52,689 nucleotides of DNA, taken from IMG/VR virus record IMGVR_UViG_3300021960_008509, positions 1 to 52,689 of that record, one strand, 5' to 3'. Below the pieces are notes generated by a model, which was not told the DNA's origin, did not search any database, and saw only the letters and a program-made list of their open reading frames with translations. A program made the translations under genes and the position numbers. Shown here piece by piece: positions 36,148-47,400 of this stretch. Each line of letters starts with the position of its first letter. Position 1 is the stretch's first letter. Source of the stretch: a virus. Lineage: Duplodnaviria; Caudoviricetes.

Positions 36148-37934
36148 TGTCTAAGACAGAAATAAAAAACCAGATTAAAGAGGTGGCGGGAAAAGTACAG
36201 GAATATTCTGCTGTCAAAACTGCCGCAACAGATGCCAAAAACAAACTGACTGATAGTATCAATACCAAAGTTGGGGCGAGTGCAGGTAAGATAGTTGGGG
36301 GAATTAAAAGTCTTACCTCAGAAATATCGGGTGCCAAAGATAAACTAGATTCTCTTGTCGATAACCCAGTCGCGGGGTTGTTAGACGCTGAGACAAATGA
36401 TATCTTGGGTGGCGCGATAAACGATAAGTTAGACACCGTGGTTGCCAAAGTATTTACGGTACCTCAACTCAAATATGAAGAGTTTGCCGGAGGTAAGTTT
36501 TACCCTACAGCACAATGGGCAGATAGTGCAGTTCAAACACTTTCGACGGCAATGGGTGCGGTAACAAAGACTGCACAGGGCAGTGTGACGGTTCCGGGTG
36601 CACCTGCCGGTTTAACCAAAGCAATGAAAGAATTGGAAGGAAAGGTTGGTGCATTCGATAGTGGTGATGCTCTCAGTAAACTGGCATCTAAAGCAGCAGC
36701 AGTCAAAGACATAGTAATTGCAAGCATTCCGGCAGATCCGCCGGGTATGTTAAATAACGTGTCAGTAGGCAGAGATGGAATCTCCTTAAACATCACTGAC
36801 GCGTTGCAACAAAACTTTACGGGTCCAATAAACGAGGCCATTGGGTTGGTCGATGATTTCAAAGACAATCCTCTCAAAATTTTAGATGATAAATTGGATA
36901 ACGCATTAGGAGATATAACCGGAAAGTTAGGATCCGATATTAAGAACGCAGTCGATCAGGTCGAGGGTGCAATTAATAGTATAGTAGATAAAGCAAATGA
37001 ATTTGTTGATAATGTGTCCGAAGATCTTAATCAATTCGGAATGGGTCTGTTGCAGGGATTTAATTTAGACGGATTGGAAGAGGCAAAGAAAACAGTTAAA
37101 GATCTTGGTCCTGACATGCGACCAATTGAAATAAATGAAGTGATTGCCAAAGCACAGGGTAGTGAACAAGAACTGTCCGAAGCAGTCAACATTGTTCGAG
37201 AAAAAGGTAACAGTAAAAAAAGCAACGAAGAAATTAAATTTGATCTGTCACAACTCGATACTACGATTGCAGGATCTTCGGTGATTAGTAACGAGAGCAG
37301 TGCGTTTGCTGATCCGTTTAACCTTACAGAAGCATATACTTCTTGGGCAAAGGCAGACCCGAGGTTTTATTATATTTCATCGTTCGAAGAACTAGAAGCA
37401 GAATTTAACAAGAGAACTAGAGACATCACTGAAATGGTGATTCACTGGACCGAAACATTCACTAACAAAAATATCGGAAGTGAAGAAATTGACTCAATAC
37501 AAAAAGATCTTGGGGGCAAGGGTATAGGTTATCATTATGTGATACGAAGAGATGGTTCTTTGCAACGTGGTCGCCCCTTAAATATTGAAGGTGAACATGC
37601 TTCTATTAACGGACATAATGAATATAGTATAGGAATAGTCTTTGTAGGTGGTTTAAATTGTTCAAGTGAAACTCCCAACCCCGAACAGTATTTGTCTAGT
37701 GCTTCATTGACACGAGCACAGATGAATACTTTCTATGATGTTTGTTCTGCATTCTACAATGCTTATCCTGGTGGTCAGATCATTGGTCATAATGATATCG
37801 ATGTGACAGTGAGTGATCCGGGCTTTGACGTAAGAGATTATGTTTTTGATGTATTCAATAAAAAAACTTTATTCACAGATCCTTTGACCGAAGGTCCGTT
37901 CAGTCCGACAGATTTAATTGGTAAGGAAGTATAA
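36147..37934 (+). CDS. Helical protein with a C-terminal N-acetylmuramoyl-L-alanine amidase (amidase_2) domain
   Basis: VIHWT, IGYHYVIRRDG..QRGRP, GEHA, SIGIVFVGG, IIGHND...DPGFD. Confidence 0.82.
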   Translation: MSKTEIKNQIKEVAGKVQEYSAVKTAATDAKNKLTDSINTKVGASAGKIVGGIKSLTSEISGAKDKLDSLVDNPVAGLLDAETNDILGGAINDKLDTVVAKVFTVPQLKYEEFAGGKFYPTAQWADSAVQTLSTAMGAVTKTAQGSVTVPGAPAGLTKAMKELEGKVGAFDSGDALSKLASKAAAVKDIVIASIPADPPGMLNNVSVGRDGISLNITDALQQNFTGPINEAIGLVDDFKDNPLKILDDKLDNALGDITGKLGSDIKNAVDQVEGAINSIVDKANEFVDNVSEDLNQFGMGLLQGFNLDGLEEAKKTVKDLGPDMRPIEINEVIAKAQGSEQELSEAVNIVREKGNSKKSNEEIKFDLSQLDTTIAGSSVISNESSAFADPFNLTEAYTSWAKADPRFYYISSFEELEAEFNKRTRDITEMVIHWTETFTNKNIGSEEIDSIQKDLGGKGIGYHYVIRRDGSLQRGRPLNIEGEHASINGHNEYSIGIVFVGGLNCSSETPNPEQYLSSASLTRAQMNTFYDVCSAFYNAYPGGQIIGHNDIDVTVSDPGFDVRDYVFDVFNKKTLFTDPLTEGPFSPTDLIGKEV

Positions 37935-37937
37935 TAT

Positions 37938-39476
37938 ATGACTACTGAACTTGACAATAAAAACAAACGAGAAGCAGTTACGGGTGATGCTCGGGAAATA
38001 ACCGAAGGTATTCCTCGGGATGGGTTCAATGATGCGACAGGTGAGTTTCCTAACCAAGATTACTTTTATGGATCCTCGATCAATAAAGCAGCAAAAGGTG
38101 AGAAGATCAATGCTTTGTTTTCAGGAGGAGGAGACTATGGTGTTCCGACTTTACTTCCTGAACAACGTCCTTCTCAGTATCCTTTTAATCAAGTAAATGA
38201 ATCTAAAAGCGGTCATGTTGTTGAAATAGACGATACTCCCGGTGGCGAGCGCATCTTAATTCGTCATCGATTGGGACATGGATTAGAACTACGCGCAGAC
38301 GGAAGTGTTTTGTTTTCCTCTGTTAACAATAAAGTAGAAATCACTGGAGGTGATGAAACTATTATTGTGGAAGGAAACGGTAATCTAGTGTACAGTGGTG
38401 ACCTTAATTTACATGTGACCGGAGATTATAATGTTACCGTAGATGGTAATTATAATGTCAAGACCGCAGGTAATAAAACCGAAGAAATACACCGTAATCA
38501 TATTAAGACAATTGAAGAGAATCAGAACTATATTGTGAAAGGTGATCGAAGTGCAAAAATTATTGGAACTTCTACCGACACAATATTTGGGGACAATCAT
38601 TGGTTAGTCAAAGGTTTACAGAAGAATTATGTTGAAGGTTTGATCGAATTCAACAGTGGTAAATCAATTTTATCAACATCCGTAGAGAAGTATACAATCA
38701 CTTCTCAAGAGATACGAATTACTGGGCATACTCTAGAAGCAACTGCCGCTCTCGGTATAATTGGAGGGGAACAGGTCGATCATTTTGGTAAGATGTTCGG
38801 TGGTCCTGCCAAAGGATTGGGTGGGGGTACTACCTTCTATGGTACTCTGGTCGGTAAAGCAAGCAATGCTATTGTGTCAGACTTTGCAGAGGAAGCAGGA
38901 AAAGCATCCCATGCTCGACAGGCAGCACATGCTCGACGGGCAGATCTGGCGCTGGTTGCCAAAGAAGCAGTAGACACATGGAAGGATACTCTTTCTGCGG
39001 ATCCTGCGGCGGGCAAGGACTTTGGCGATTACGATTCGGTCGGCCCCCCCGAAACTTATCCGACTATTTTTAACTATGTTCAGATTCCACCGACTGCTCC
39101 GATGCCTACCAGTGCCACTATCATTGGAAAAATATCGGGCAGTGAGTATGCGGTACAGAACGTGAAAATTGATATTGCGTCAACCGATCCCGACTCGATC
39201 AAATTAAAAATACTACGTAGTGATGACTATGATGAACTGTTTACTTTTGACCCTACTATACATGAGATTAGATCCAAATTAAGAGACAAAACTAATCGAG
39301 AAAACGGTAAGTTCACTTCGTTTTTGGTTGCAGAAGGCAAGTTAAATTCTGAATTCAAAAGGGTGGTGCCTAAAAAGATCAATCGTTCGGTCAATAAAAA
39401 ATCAGTTTCAAGGTTTGGATTTAAGTTTATAGGCAATAATCCTGCGGATAAGAAGAGCAAGAGGTTTACAGTATGA
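37938..39476 (+). CDS. gp5 C-terminal beta-helix spike protein
   Basis: YPFNQV.ESKSGHVVEIDDTPGGERI...H; VxG repeats (VTGDYNVTVDGNYNVKTAG). Confidence 0.82.
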   Translation: MTTELDNKNKREAVTGDAREITEGIPRDGFNDATGEFPNQDYFYGSSINKAAKGEKINALFSGGGDYGVPTLLPEQRPSQYPFNQVNESKSGHVVEIDDTPGGERILIRHRLGHGLELRADGSVLFSSVNNKVEITGGDETIIVEGNGNLVYSGDLNLHVTGDYNVTVDGNYNVKTAGNKTEEIHRNHIKTIEENQNYIVKGDRSAKIIGTSTDTIFGDNHWLVKGLQKNYVEGLIEFNSGKSILSTSVEKYTITSQEIRITGHTLEATAALGIIGGEQVDHFGKMFGGPAKGLGGGTTFYGTLVGKASNAIVSDFAEEAGKASHARQAAHARRADLALVAKEAVDTWKDTLSADPAAGKDFGDYDSVGPPETYPTIFNYVQIPPTAPMPTSATIIGKISGSEYAVQNVKIDIASTDPDSIKLKILRSDDYDELFTFDPTIHEIRSKLRDKTNRENGKFTSFLVAEGKLNSEFKRVVPKKINRSVNKKSVSRFGFKFIGNNPADKKSKRFTV

Positions 39477-40051
39477 TTTACTTGGCAGATCCCGTTTACA
39501 ATCCTAATTTTGTTACGGACTTTACTAGTGCCACTAAACTTGGCCGTGGTATTACGATGGGCAAATTCCTTGGAAGTCGAGGAACAAGGACTCAGTTGAT
39601 ACAATTAACTACTGACATTCCTCAACTTGCACGAAACCTTTACCTTCATGCCGAACTTCTGACTAATGCCAAGAAAAATCCGGATTTCGGAACTGTACGG
39701 ATCACTGTAAGTGAGGGAGTATATCTTCCGGCAATCAACGAAACTCCAAGCGGAGTCAATAAACTTAAAGTCGATGGTCGCGCCGTGGTCTATCAAGTCA
39801 TTAACAAGAAAGGAAAGACTGACATTCCTAAGACGTATGATCTTGCCAACTACTGGAAGGATTATGCCGACTATGATCGATTGTCTATTGACTACGATAC
39901 ATACGATCCCTCCGGAGAATTGACTGCACAGTTAGTAGTAGAAATGCCAATGGTTCCGGAAACTTTCGATCTCCAGTTTAAAAGTGCAATTGATACTTAT
40001 TACAACGGAGAATTGCAGTCGAAGAATGAATTAATAGAAATCCTAGAATAA
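39473..40051 (+). CDS. Baseplate-region hypothetical protein
   Basis: ATGA overlap with the gp5-C gene; located before gp25. Confidence 0.6.
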   Translation: MIYLADPVYNPNFVTDFTSATKLGRGITMGKFLGSRGTRTQLIQLTTDIPQLARNLYLHAELLTNAKKNPDFGTVRITVSEGVYLPAINETPSGVNKLKVDGRAVVYQVINKKGKTDIPKTYDLANYWKDYADYDRLSIDYDTYDPSGELTAQLVVEMPMVPETFDLQFKSAIDTYYNGELQSKNELIEILE

Positions 40052-40054
40052 ATG

Positions 40055-40062
40055 TATAAATA
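40055..40062 (+). promoter_or_regulatory. T4 late promoter TATAAATA
   Basis: Exact consensus immediately before gp25. Confidence 0.7.
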
Positions 40063-40067
40063 AGCAT

Positions 40068-40517
40068 ATGGCAAAAATACAAAGTACAGAAGACAAAAAC
40101 TTACAGTCAGTATCTCTAGTTACTAACAGAAAACTAGTTTACTCTGATCTAGACTTATCTTTTGCCGTAAATACTACGGCAAGTGATGATATCTTTAAGA
40201 AAACTGATGCTGCGGCAGTCAAACAAGCAGTTAAAAATCTTTTATTAAGTAATGAATGCGATAAACCTTTTCGTCCGAGATATGGGGCAAACCTAACTAA
40301 AATGTTATTTGACTTGGTAGATGATGAAGATGCCGAAGACGATATTCGCGAACGGATATATCAGGTCATTGACCAGTACGAACCTCGTGCGTCCATTGAA
40401 GAATTAGAAGTAAATCTTGCACCAGATCAGAATAGATTACAAGTAAAATTAACTTTTCGTGTGTTGAACATTGATCAGACCGAAACTCTAGAAACTACTG
40501 TTACGAGGTACAGATGA
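40068..40517 (+). CDS. gp25: Baseplate wedge gp25
   Basis: YSDLDLSF, AVKQAVKNLL, KPFRP.YG, YEPR. Confidence 0.92.
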   Translation: MAKIQSTEDKNLQSVSLVTNRKLVYSDLDLSFAVNTTASDDIFKKTDAAAVKQAVKNLLLSNECDKPFRPRYGANLTKMLFDLVDDEDAEDDIRERIYQVIDQYEPRASIEELEVNLAPDQNRLQVKLTFRVLNIDQTETLETTVTRYR

Positions 40518-42334
40518 CGGAAACTACTATAAAATCGACCGGACTAGACTTCAATTCGATTAAAAACAATCTTAAAACGTTTTTTAAATCTACCGAAGAG
40601 TTTAACGATTACAATTTTGAAGCAAGCGGTCTTTCCAATCTTCTGGATGTTCTTGCATACAACACACACTATAACGGATTGATTGCTAACTTTGCTTTGA
40701 ACGAAAGTTATTTAAGTACAGCACAGTTACGTAGTAGTATGGTAGGTCTTGCCGGAGCATTAGGTTATAATGTTAGGAGTCAAACTGCCGCAAAGGCCAT
40801 TGTCCGATTACAAGTCACTGATGTTGCCGGACCTTCAATATATACCTTACCCTCTGGAACCACCTTTACCACTACCGTAGAAGGAACTGCATTTACATTT
40901 CAGACACGAGAAACTTATAATGCAACCAAAGACGGAAGTGGAAACTATCAATTTGTTGATGCAGATGGTAATAAAGATCTCTATATTACAGAAGGCATCG
41001 AAAAAACTAAAATCTTTCTGGCGGGTCCTGCAAGTGAGACCGATACTTACGTCATTCCTGATGAGTCTATGGACTCTTCGACTGCGATAATCAAAGTCTA
41101 CAATTCTGCAACTTCACCTACATACGTGGCCTATCAAAACATTGATGTTATCACAACGATTGATGAGAATACTCGAATCTATGTGTTGAAAGAATCACCC
41201 AACGGTTACTACGAGGTTACTTTTGGTAATGGTTCGACTCTCGGTATCTCTCCGGTTTCAGGAGAAAAGATTGAAGTTAGTTATCTTTCTTGCGGTGGAC
41301 CAACTGCTAATGGAGGAATTAACTTTACTCCAACCAGTGAATTCCCACTTGCTGGAGGAGGCACCACTCCCATTACTGTCATAAGAGTGCAGAAAAGTGC
41401 TGGTGGTAGTGACAAAGAAGTTATCGAGTCTATTCGAAAGAATGCGCCCTACCTCTATGCGTCACAAAACCGAATGGTAACTGCGGCAGATTATTCGACT
41501 CTTGTACTTCGAAATTTTGGTCAGTACATTGATGATATTAAAGCATGGGGAGGGGAGGATAATATACCTCAAAACATTGGGGCAGTATACTTGTCTATCT
41601 CATTCAAAGAAGGGGTAAATATTCCGGCACAAAAGACGGCAATTACGGCATATGCCAAAGACCTATCGGTTGCCAGCTTTGAAGTTAAATATACCGATCC
41701 TATTATTACTTACTTAGAAATCACTCCAGTATTTCAATTCAATTCAAGACTATCAAGCGTGACCAATCTTCAAGCACAGACACTAGTCGATAATTCAGTA
41801 AGTAAATATTTCACTGCCAACATTGGAAAGTTTGATCAATCTTTTAGACGATCTAATCTTTTGACTTTGATTGATGATACTGATGTCGGGATCTTATCCT
41901 CTCGGGCAATCGTTCGAATGCAACAACGCCTTGCCTCGACAGATATAAACTTTACTGTTGGGAAAGATTATACATTTACTTTTCCTGGATCAATTCTCTC
42001 AGATTTGGATGATGAAACAATTCTTGAGACGAGTGATTTCACCTTTTCAAACCGAACTTGTGCCATTCGAAATAGAATTGGATCAAACATCCTTGAAATA
42101 TTTGATCGGGGTAGTGCTACGGTGCTCACGACCAATACGGGTTATTTTGATCCTCAAAGAGGTATTGTATATATTCAAGGGTTTGCACCTCAAGCATTGT
42201 CCGGTGGTGATTCTTACCTGCGAGTGTCTGTCCTCTCAGGCAACCAAGGGAACATCAATACGGTTCGAGAAAATGTTCTTGCTCTAGATGCTATTAGATC
42301 GTCTTCTTCGGCAGTCATTACAACTTCAGTATAA
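40514..42334 (+). CDS. gp6: Baseplate wedge gp6
   Basis: LDFNSIK.NLK, FNDYNFEASGL..LLDVLAYNTHYN, ESIRKNAP, QNRMVTAADY, WGGED. Confidence 0.95.
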   Translation: MTETTIKSTGLDFNSIKNNLKTFFKSTEEFNDYNFEASGLSNLLDVLAYNTHYNGLIANFALNESYLSTAQLRSSMVGLAGALGYNVRSQTAAKAIVRLQVTDVAGPSIYTLPSGTTFTTTVEGTAFTFQTRETYNATKDGSGNYQFVDADGNKDLYITEGIEKTKIFLAGPASETDTYVIPDESMDSSTAIIKVYNSATSPTYVAYQNIDVITTIDENTRIYVLKESPNGYYEVTFGNGSTLGISPVSGEKIEVSYLSCGGPTANGGINFTPTSEFPLAGGGTTPITVIRVQKSAGGSDKEVIESIRKNAPYLYASQNRMVTAADYSTLVLRNFGQYIDDIKAWGGEDNIPQNIGAVYLSISFKEGVNIPAQKTAITAYAKDLSVASFEVKYTDPIITYLEITPVFQFNSRLSSVTNLQAQTLVDNSVSKYFTANIGKFDQSFRRSNLLTLIDDTDVGILSSRAIVRMQQRLASTDINFTVGKDYTFTFPGSILSDLDDETILETSDFTFSNRTCAIRNRIGSNILEIFDRGSATVLTTNTGYFDPQRGIVYIQGFAPQALSGGDSYLRVSVLSGNQGNINTVRENVLALDAIRSSSSAVITTSV

Positions 42335-42337
42335 ATA
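42330..42337 (+). promoter_or_regulatory. T4 late promoter TATAAATA
   Basis: Exact consensus overlapping the gp6 stop, before gp8. Confidence 0.7.
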
Positions 42338-42360
42338 GGAAGGTAAACGGAAAATAAGAT

Positions 42361-43764
42361 ATGAGCGATCCAAAAGCAACCATTACCCAAGAACTGAAAA
42401 CCACCTTGGTTGACCTTCTTCAGAAAGACCTTGATTCGGCAGACAATAGTTATTATATTGCGCTCGGACGATCCAAAGCATGGCCTGGAAATAACGATGT
42501 TCCCGAACAACCAGAAGCATCGGGCACCGCATCGATTAAAGACCTTCGTGCGTCATTTCAATCCTATAAGATTTCTGCCAACAATACGGCAATCATAACT
42601 AATACTTCATGGGATGTTAGCGGTACGACCTCGTATTTTCCGTTCGATGACAAATACAGCACACAGTCCAATGAATATTACGTAATAAATGATAGCGATG
42701 AAGTTTTCGTCTGTGTTGAAAACGGAAGGAATCTGATTACTGGTGCAATAGTTCCTAGCACGATACGTCCCAGTGCACCCACCAAAACTGTGGCAGATCC
42801 TAGCCAATCGCCTCCCAACGATCAAATACGTACCTTCAAGACCTCTGATGGATATCACTGGCGGTACTTGTACAAAGCAAGTCCTTTTGCGTCAACTCAA
42901 TTTAAAACCAACACTTTGATGCCGGTCAAACGCGTTCGAGGTGCTCCTACATTAGAAGAAGAAATTGAACAGCAACAGATGCAAGACAGTTCTTTTGCAG
43001 GAGAAATCTTATCAATTCAGGTTGTTGCCGGAGGGTCTAATTACAGTGCTCCTACGGTTACTTTCAGTGGCAATGGTACTGCTAATGACGGAGAAGGTAA
43101 TCTTTTAGGTTTTTCTGCCATCCAATCGGGGGGTGTTATTACTCACATTGGTTTAGATTCAGACGGAGTAGGTAAAATTGTACACGGTAGTGGATACACT
43201 GATGTTCAACTCACCGTTACAGACGGGGGTTCGGGGTCAGGTGCAATCGTAAGACCAGTTATCGGTAATCTCAATAAAGATCCTCGGGCAACCTTAAGAA
43301 GTAACGGTTTGTTGATTAAAACGGATTTTCAGAACTCCGAATTAAATACTATTTTGGCAGAGAACGATTTCCGAACAGTAGCACTCATACGTAATCCAAG
43401 TCAATATGGAGGAGGTTCGTTAACTGCTAATACGGCAAATGCTTTGAGTGCTTTATCCTTGACCGGAATCAGTGGTACGTTTATTGAAGATGAATTGATA
43501 TCACAAGCGGCTACGGGTAGTCAAGGATATGTTGTAAATTTGGACGGAAGTACTCTGTATTACGTACAAGACATTTCTGTGGGTATCCAAGCATTTGATA
43601 ACTCTTTGGTCACTACGGCAAGTGGTGGTCAGGGTACTGTTACTGGGACTATCAATCCAGATGTTGACGTATTTTCAGGAGATATTCTCTATATAAGTAA
43701 CGATAGTGATACGCCCAGAAATTCATCACAAACTGAAGAAATAAGATTGATAGTAAATTTTTAA
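42361..43764 (+). CDS. gp8: Baseplate wedge gp8
   Basis: YIALGR...W, YYVIN....VFVC, SDGYHWRYLY, NDFR.VALI.NP, SGDILY...QTEEIRL. Confidence 0.85.
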   Translation: MSDPKATITQELKTTLVDLLQKDLDSADNSYYIALGRSKAWPGNNDVPEQPEASGTASIKDLRASFQSYKISANNTAIITNTSWDVSGTTSYFPFDDKYSTQSNEYYVINDSDEVFVCVENGRNLITGAIVPSTIRPSAPTKTVADPSQSPPNDQIRTFKTSDGYHWRYLYKASPFASTQFKTNTLMPVKRVRGAPTLEEEIEQQQMQDSSFAGEILSIQVVAGGSNYSAPTVTFSGNGTANDGEGNLLGFSAIQSGGVITHIGLDSDGVGKIVHGSGYTDVQLTVTDGGSGSGAIVRPVIGNLNKDPRATLRSNGLLIKTDFQNSELNTILAENDFRTVALIRNPSQYGGGSLTANTANALSALSLTGISGTFIEDELISQAATGSQGYVVNLDGSTLYYVQDISVGIQAFDNSLVTTASGGQGTVTGTINPDVDVFSGDILYISNDSDTPRNSSQTEEIRLIVNF

Positions 43765-43765
43765 T

Positions 43766-44440
43766 ATGAGTATAAGACGTAGTAGACCTGAATTTAAACT
43801 TAAAGTTTATCCAGATGTTTATATGATATCGATGTCGGATGACGAGAAATCTCAATATTTTAAAAATTTAGTACTTCCCAGTTGGGAAAAATTTGGAGTA
43901 AAGGTTAATCATTTTGAAGCAATCACTCCGAAAGATTTTAGTAAATATAACAATACCCCGATTAGTTACGGTTTAAACTGTTATAAAAACAGTACAAAAG
44001 TAGGAACGGCAAACAGGAAATTTACACCAACAGAAAAAGCAATATGGTTCTCTGCATACGAATGTTGGAAAATGTGTGTAAAAGAAAATAAAGCATTTAT
44101 ATTCATAGAACATGATTGTGAATTACTTAAATTGCCTCCTATAAATCTATTACGAGACAATGAAATGATTTTATTATGTAACTGGAGAGGTAAAAGAGCA
44201 AATCCAATGACAGGATATTATCTAACACCTCCAATTGCAAAGATGTTAATTGAAATGCTTGTTTTACCGACACACTACAATGTAGATGCATGGGTACAAG
44301 AAATGGCAATTAACGTAGGTAGATTCGAAACCTCACATATGCGGGTGGTAAAGTGGGAAGATGAAGAAGGACGACAAATAAGCACGATAGATCATCGTGC
44401 AGAAAAGATAGATCAAAAATACTTAGACTTTAAGGGATAG
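43766..44440 (+). CDS. GT25-like glycosyltransferase inside the baseplate operon
   Basis: SWEKFG, EAITP, FTPTEKAIW, FIEHDC, GYYLTP, STIDH. Confidence 0.72.
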   Translation: MSIRRSRPEFKLKVYPDVYMISMSDDEKSQYFKNLVLPSWEKFGVKVNHFEAITPKDFSKYNNTPISYGLNCYKNSTKVGTANRKFTPTEKAIWFSAYECWKMCVKENKAFIFIEHDCELLKLPPINLLRDNEMILLCNWRGKRANPMTGYYLTPPIAKMLIEMLVLPTHYNVDAWVQEMAINVGRFETSHMRVVKWEDEEGRQISTIDHRAEKIDQKYLDFKG

Positions 44441-44448
44441 GGAACACC

Positions 44449-47400
44449 ATGGCGAATTTCACCAAAAACACATTTTCGCAGACATACTTCGATGATTGGG
44501 ATAAGAATAATAATTATCATCGTGTATTATTCAACAGTGGTCGGGCACTTCAAGCAAGAGAGTTGACTCAAATGCAGAGCATCATCAATGGTGAGATGCA
44601 ACGATTGGGTAACAACATATACAAGGAAGGCGCGGCGGTATCTGCTGGTGAAATTACTGTCAACGCTACCTATCAGTTTGTTAAAATAACAACCTCGATT
44701 GAAAACGTTGTAGTCGGGGAAGAAATTGAGCAGCAGTCTGCTCCTTCTGGTATCAAGGCAATTGTTCTTGAAAAGGATTCAGTAAACAACATCTTATATG
44801 TACGGTATGTCTCTGACGGTACGGCAACGATAGGCACAGAATCGGTTCGTTTTTCTCAGGGAGGTACTCTCCTTTCCCCCAATGCTGGTTCTTTGACGAT
44901 AACAAATGCTGGGGCAGGAGCAGATGTAGGGAGTGCATGTAAAGTAACCATAGGTGAAGGTGATTTCTATACTATGGGTCACTTCGTGCATGCGCGTGAG
45001 CAGTCTATTATTCTTGGACCAGTTCCTCGAAATCCTGCCAATGCTGTGCTTGGTTTTAAAGTAAACCAAAGTGTCACAACTGTCAATTCTGATTCCGATG
45101 GTTATGGTGGTGCGATTGGAAGTCAACTTTATGATAACTGGGGTGGCACTTCTAATACTTCAGCACCCGGAGCAGATCGATATACAATTCGTTTAGATAT
45201 AATAGAAGCAAGTGCCGTTACATCAGATGATACCTTCCTATTCATTTGTCGTATAGAAAACGGTAAACTCACTGAGCAAGTACAGGAAATTGATGCTTAC
45301 AACAAGATCAATGATTTGCTTGCCACAAGAACTAAAGAAGAATCTGGTAACTATCTGGTTGCACCTTTTACTGCACATTATGAAGATGACAACAATGCAG
45401 ATTCGGATTTGACAATGGTTCTGTCAGCGGGTACGGCATATGTTAACGGTTATCGAATCGATAAACAAGTGCCCACTAAAATTCGTGTACCTCGTCCAAA
45501 TGCAACCGAAACAATAAACAATGGTGGTATTGGTATTGCTCATGGGCAGTATGTAAACGTCACTATGCCTACAGGATTGTCCAGCGGTCAATTCCCATTG
45601 ATCAGTGCTAATAGCAGTACTGTTCTGGAAGTAGATCTTCGATCCGCGGCCGGATACGGCGGGAGTACAATAGGTAGTGCTACGGTAACCGACATAACTA
45701 AAGTTGGAGGAGGCGTTTTTAAGTTACACCTTACTCGAATTATAATGACTGGGGCAAACAAGTTTAGTGCCGTTCGGTCTATCGGATCCTCAGCTGCAAT
45801 TGTAGCAGACGTTGAATTGACCGGGTCTTTATGTGTTCTTCAGGGTGGGGCAAATACAAGTTATCTATACCCCTATCCTTATGCACGTCCGGCTCTGGCA
45901 ACAGCAACAGACATTTCTTATACTTACACAACTACTACGGCATCACAGGCAACGACTGCTGGAGGTGTGTTTGACTCTACATCTGGCGCTGCCGCCAACG
46001 ATTTGAATGCGACTCGATCTGAAATTTACGTAAATCCAGAATCTTGGATTGTATATCAAGACGGGATAGGAATTGTTCAAGGCGTGACACCTGTAATCGC
46101 GGCAAATGGATTGTCATACATAATTTCTGGTCTTACCGGTTCAACTAATACTTCAGTATGTTTAAAAATTAAACGTTCTGCACCAGTACGAAGAACCAAG
46201 CAATTGTTAACTAAGACGGCAATTGCCTACACTATTTCTGCCGGTGGTATTACATTTAATGAAACTGATATTGCTCAAGTGTCTTTGGTTTCTCAGAGTG
46301 GGGTTGATATTACTAGTGACTTTACTTTATATAATGGTCAGCAAGACACCTTCTATGAAAAAGGACGATTGATTTTAAATGCGGGAATTGCTCATACCGG
46401 TTCTATCGATGTGACTTACACTCACTACGATCATAGTGATGGTGATTTCTTCGACTTTTCATCTTTCTCTAACATCGACTACGAAGACCTTCCTAATCAT
46501 CGTATGACCAGTGGTGAGATCCGATCTCTTCGAGATTATATCGATTTTCGTCCTTACTATGACGGTTCAAGCATGTCCTCAACGACTGATGCGGCAAAAC
46601 CACCTGCCAACGGAACTTCAGTTGAATTCGACGCTAAATTTTACCTTGGTCGCGCAGACAAAATTCTGATCACAGAAGACGGGGAAGTTAAAGTTTTGAT
46701 GGGGCAACAGGCAAGGGAGCCTCAGTTTAAACAGACTCCTAACAACTCCATGGAATTGTATAAGGTCGTAATGAATCCTTATACAATAAATCCAGACGAT
46801 TTATCTATGTACCCATTGGAGCATAAAGTTTACACTATGCCCGATATTGCAGAGTTAGATCGACGATTGAGTCTTCTTGAAGAACTCTCTACTCTAACAG
46901 GTATTGAGTTAGCAACTAAGTTAAACACTGATTTAGATTCAGACGGTCTAGAAAGACCAGAATCTGGTTATATTGTCGATCCACTTGATGATCAAGGTGT
47001 AGCAGATACCAACCTTATAGACTATTGTGCCTCTTTGGATCCCGAAAGCAAACTTGTTCGTCCATGTTTTGATGAAGAAAACCTCCGTTTAATTTATCAA
47101 CCAGATGATGGAGCAGTTTTTGGTGGCGCATCTTATCAGAACACCTCGAAGAATGTAACTCAATCGGGTGATAATGTATATTTAAATTATACTACTGCTG
47201 AATGGCAAAAACAAGATCGTGCATCTACAAGTGTGGCAATCAATAAAACAAATGAAGTGGATAACATAGGTAAGATGATCCTTTCTCCTTCAAGTGATGA
47301 ATGGAAAGGTACCTATTGGGATACTTCTCCGGTTCTTGCAGGAAAAAGAAGACTTGATAATCGATCACAAACCTTGTGGAATAACTGGGAATGGGGTTGG

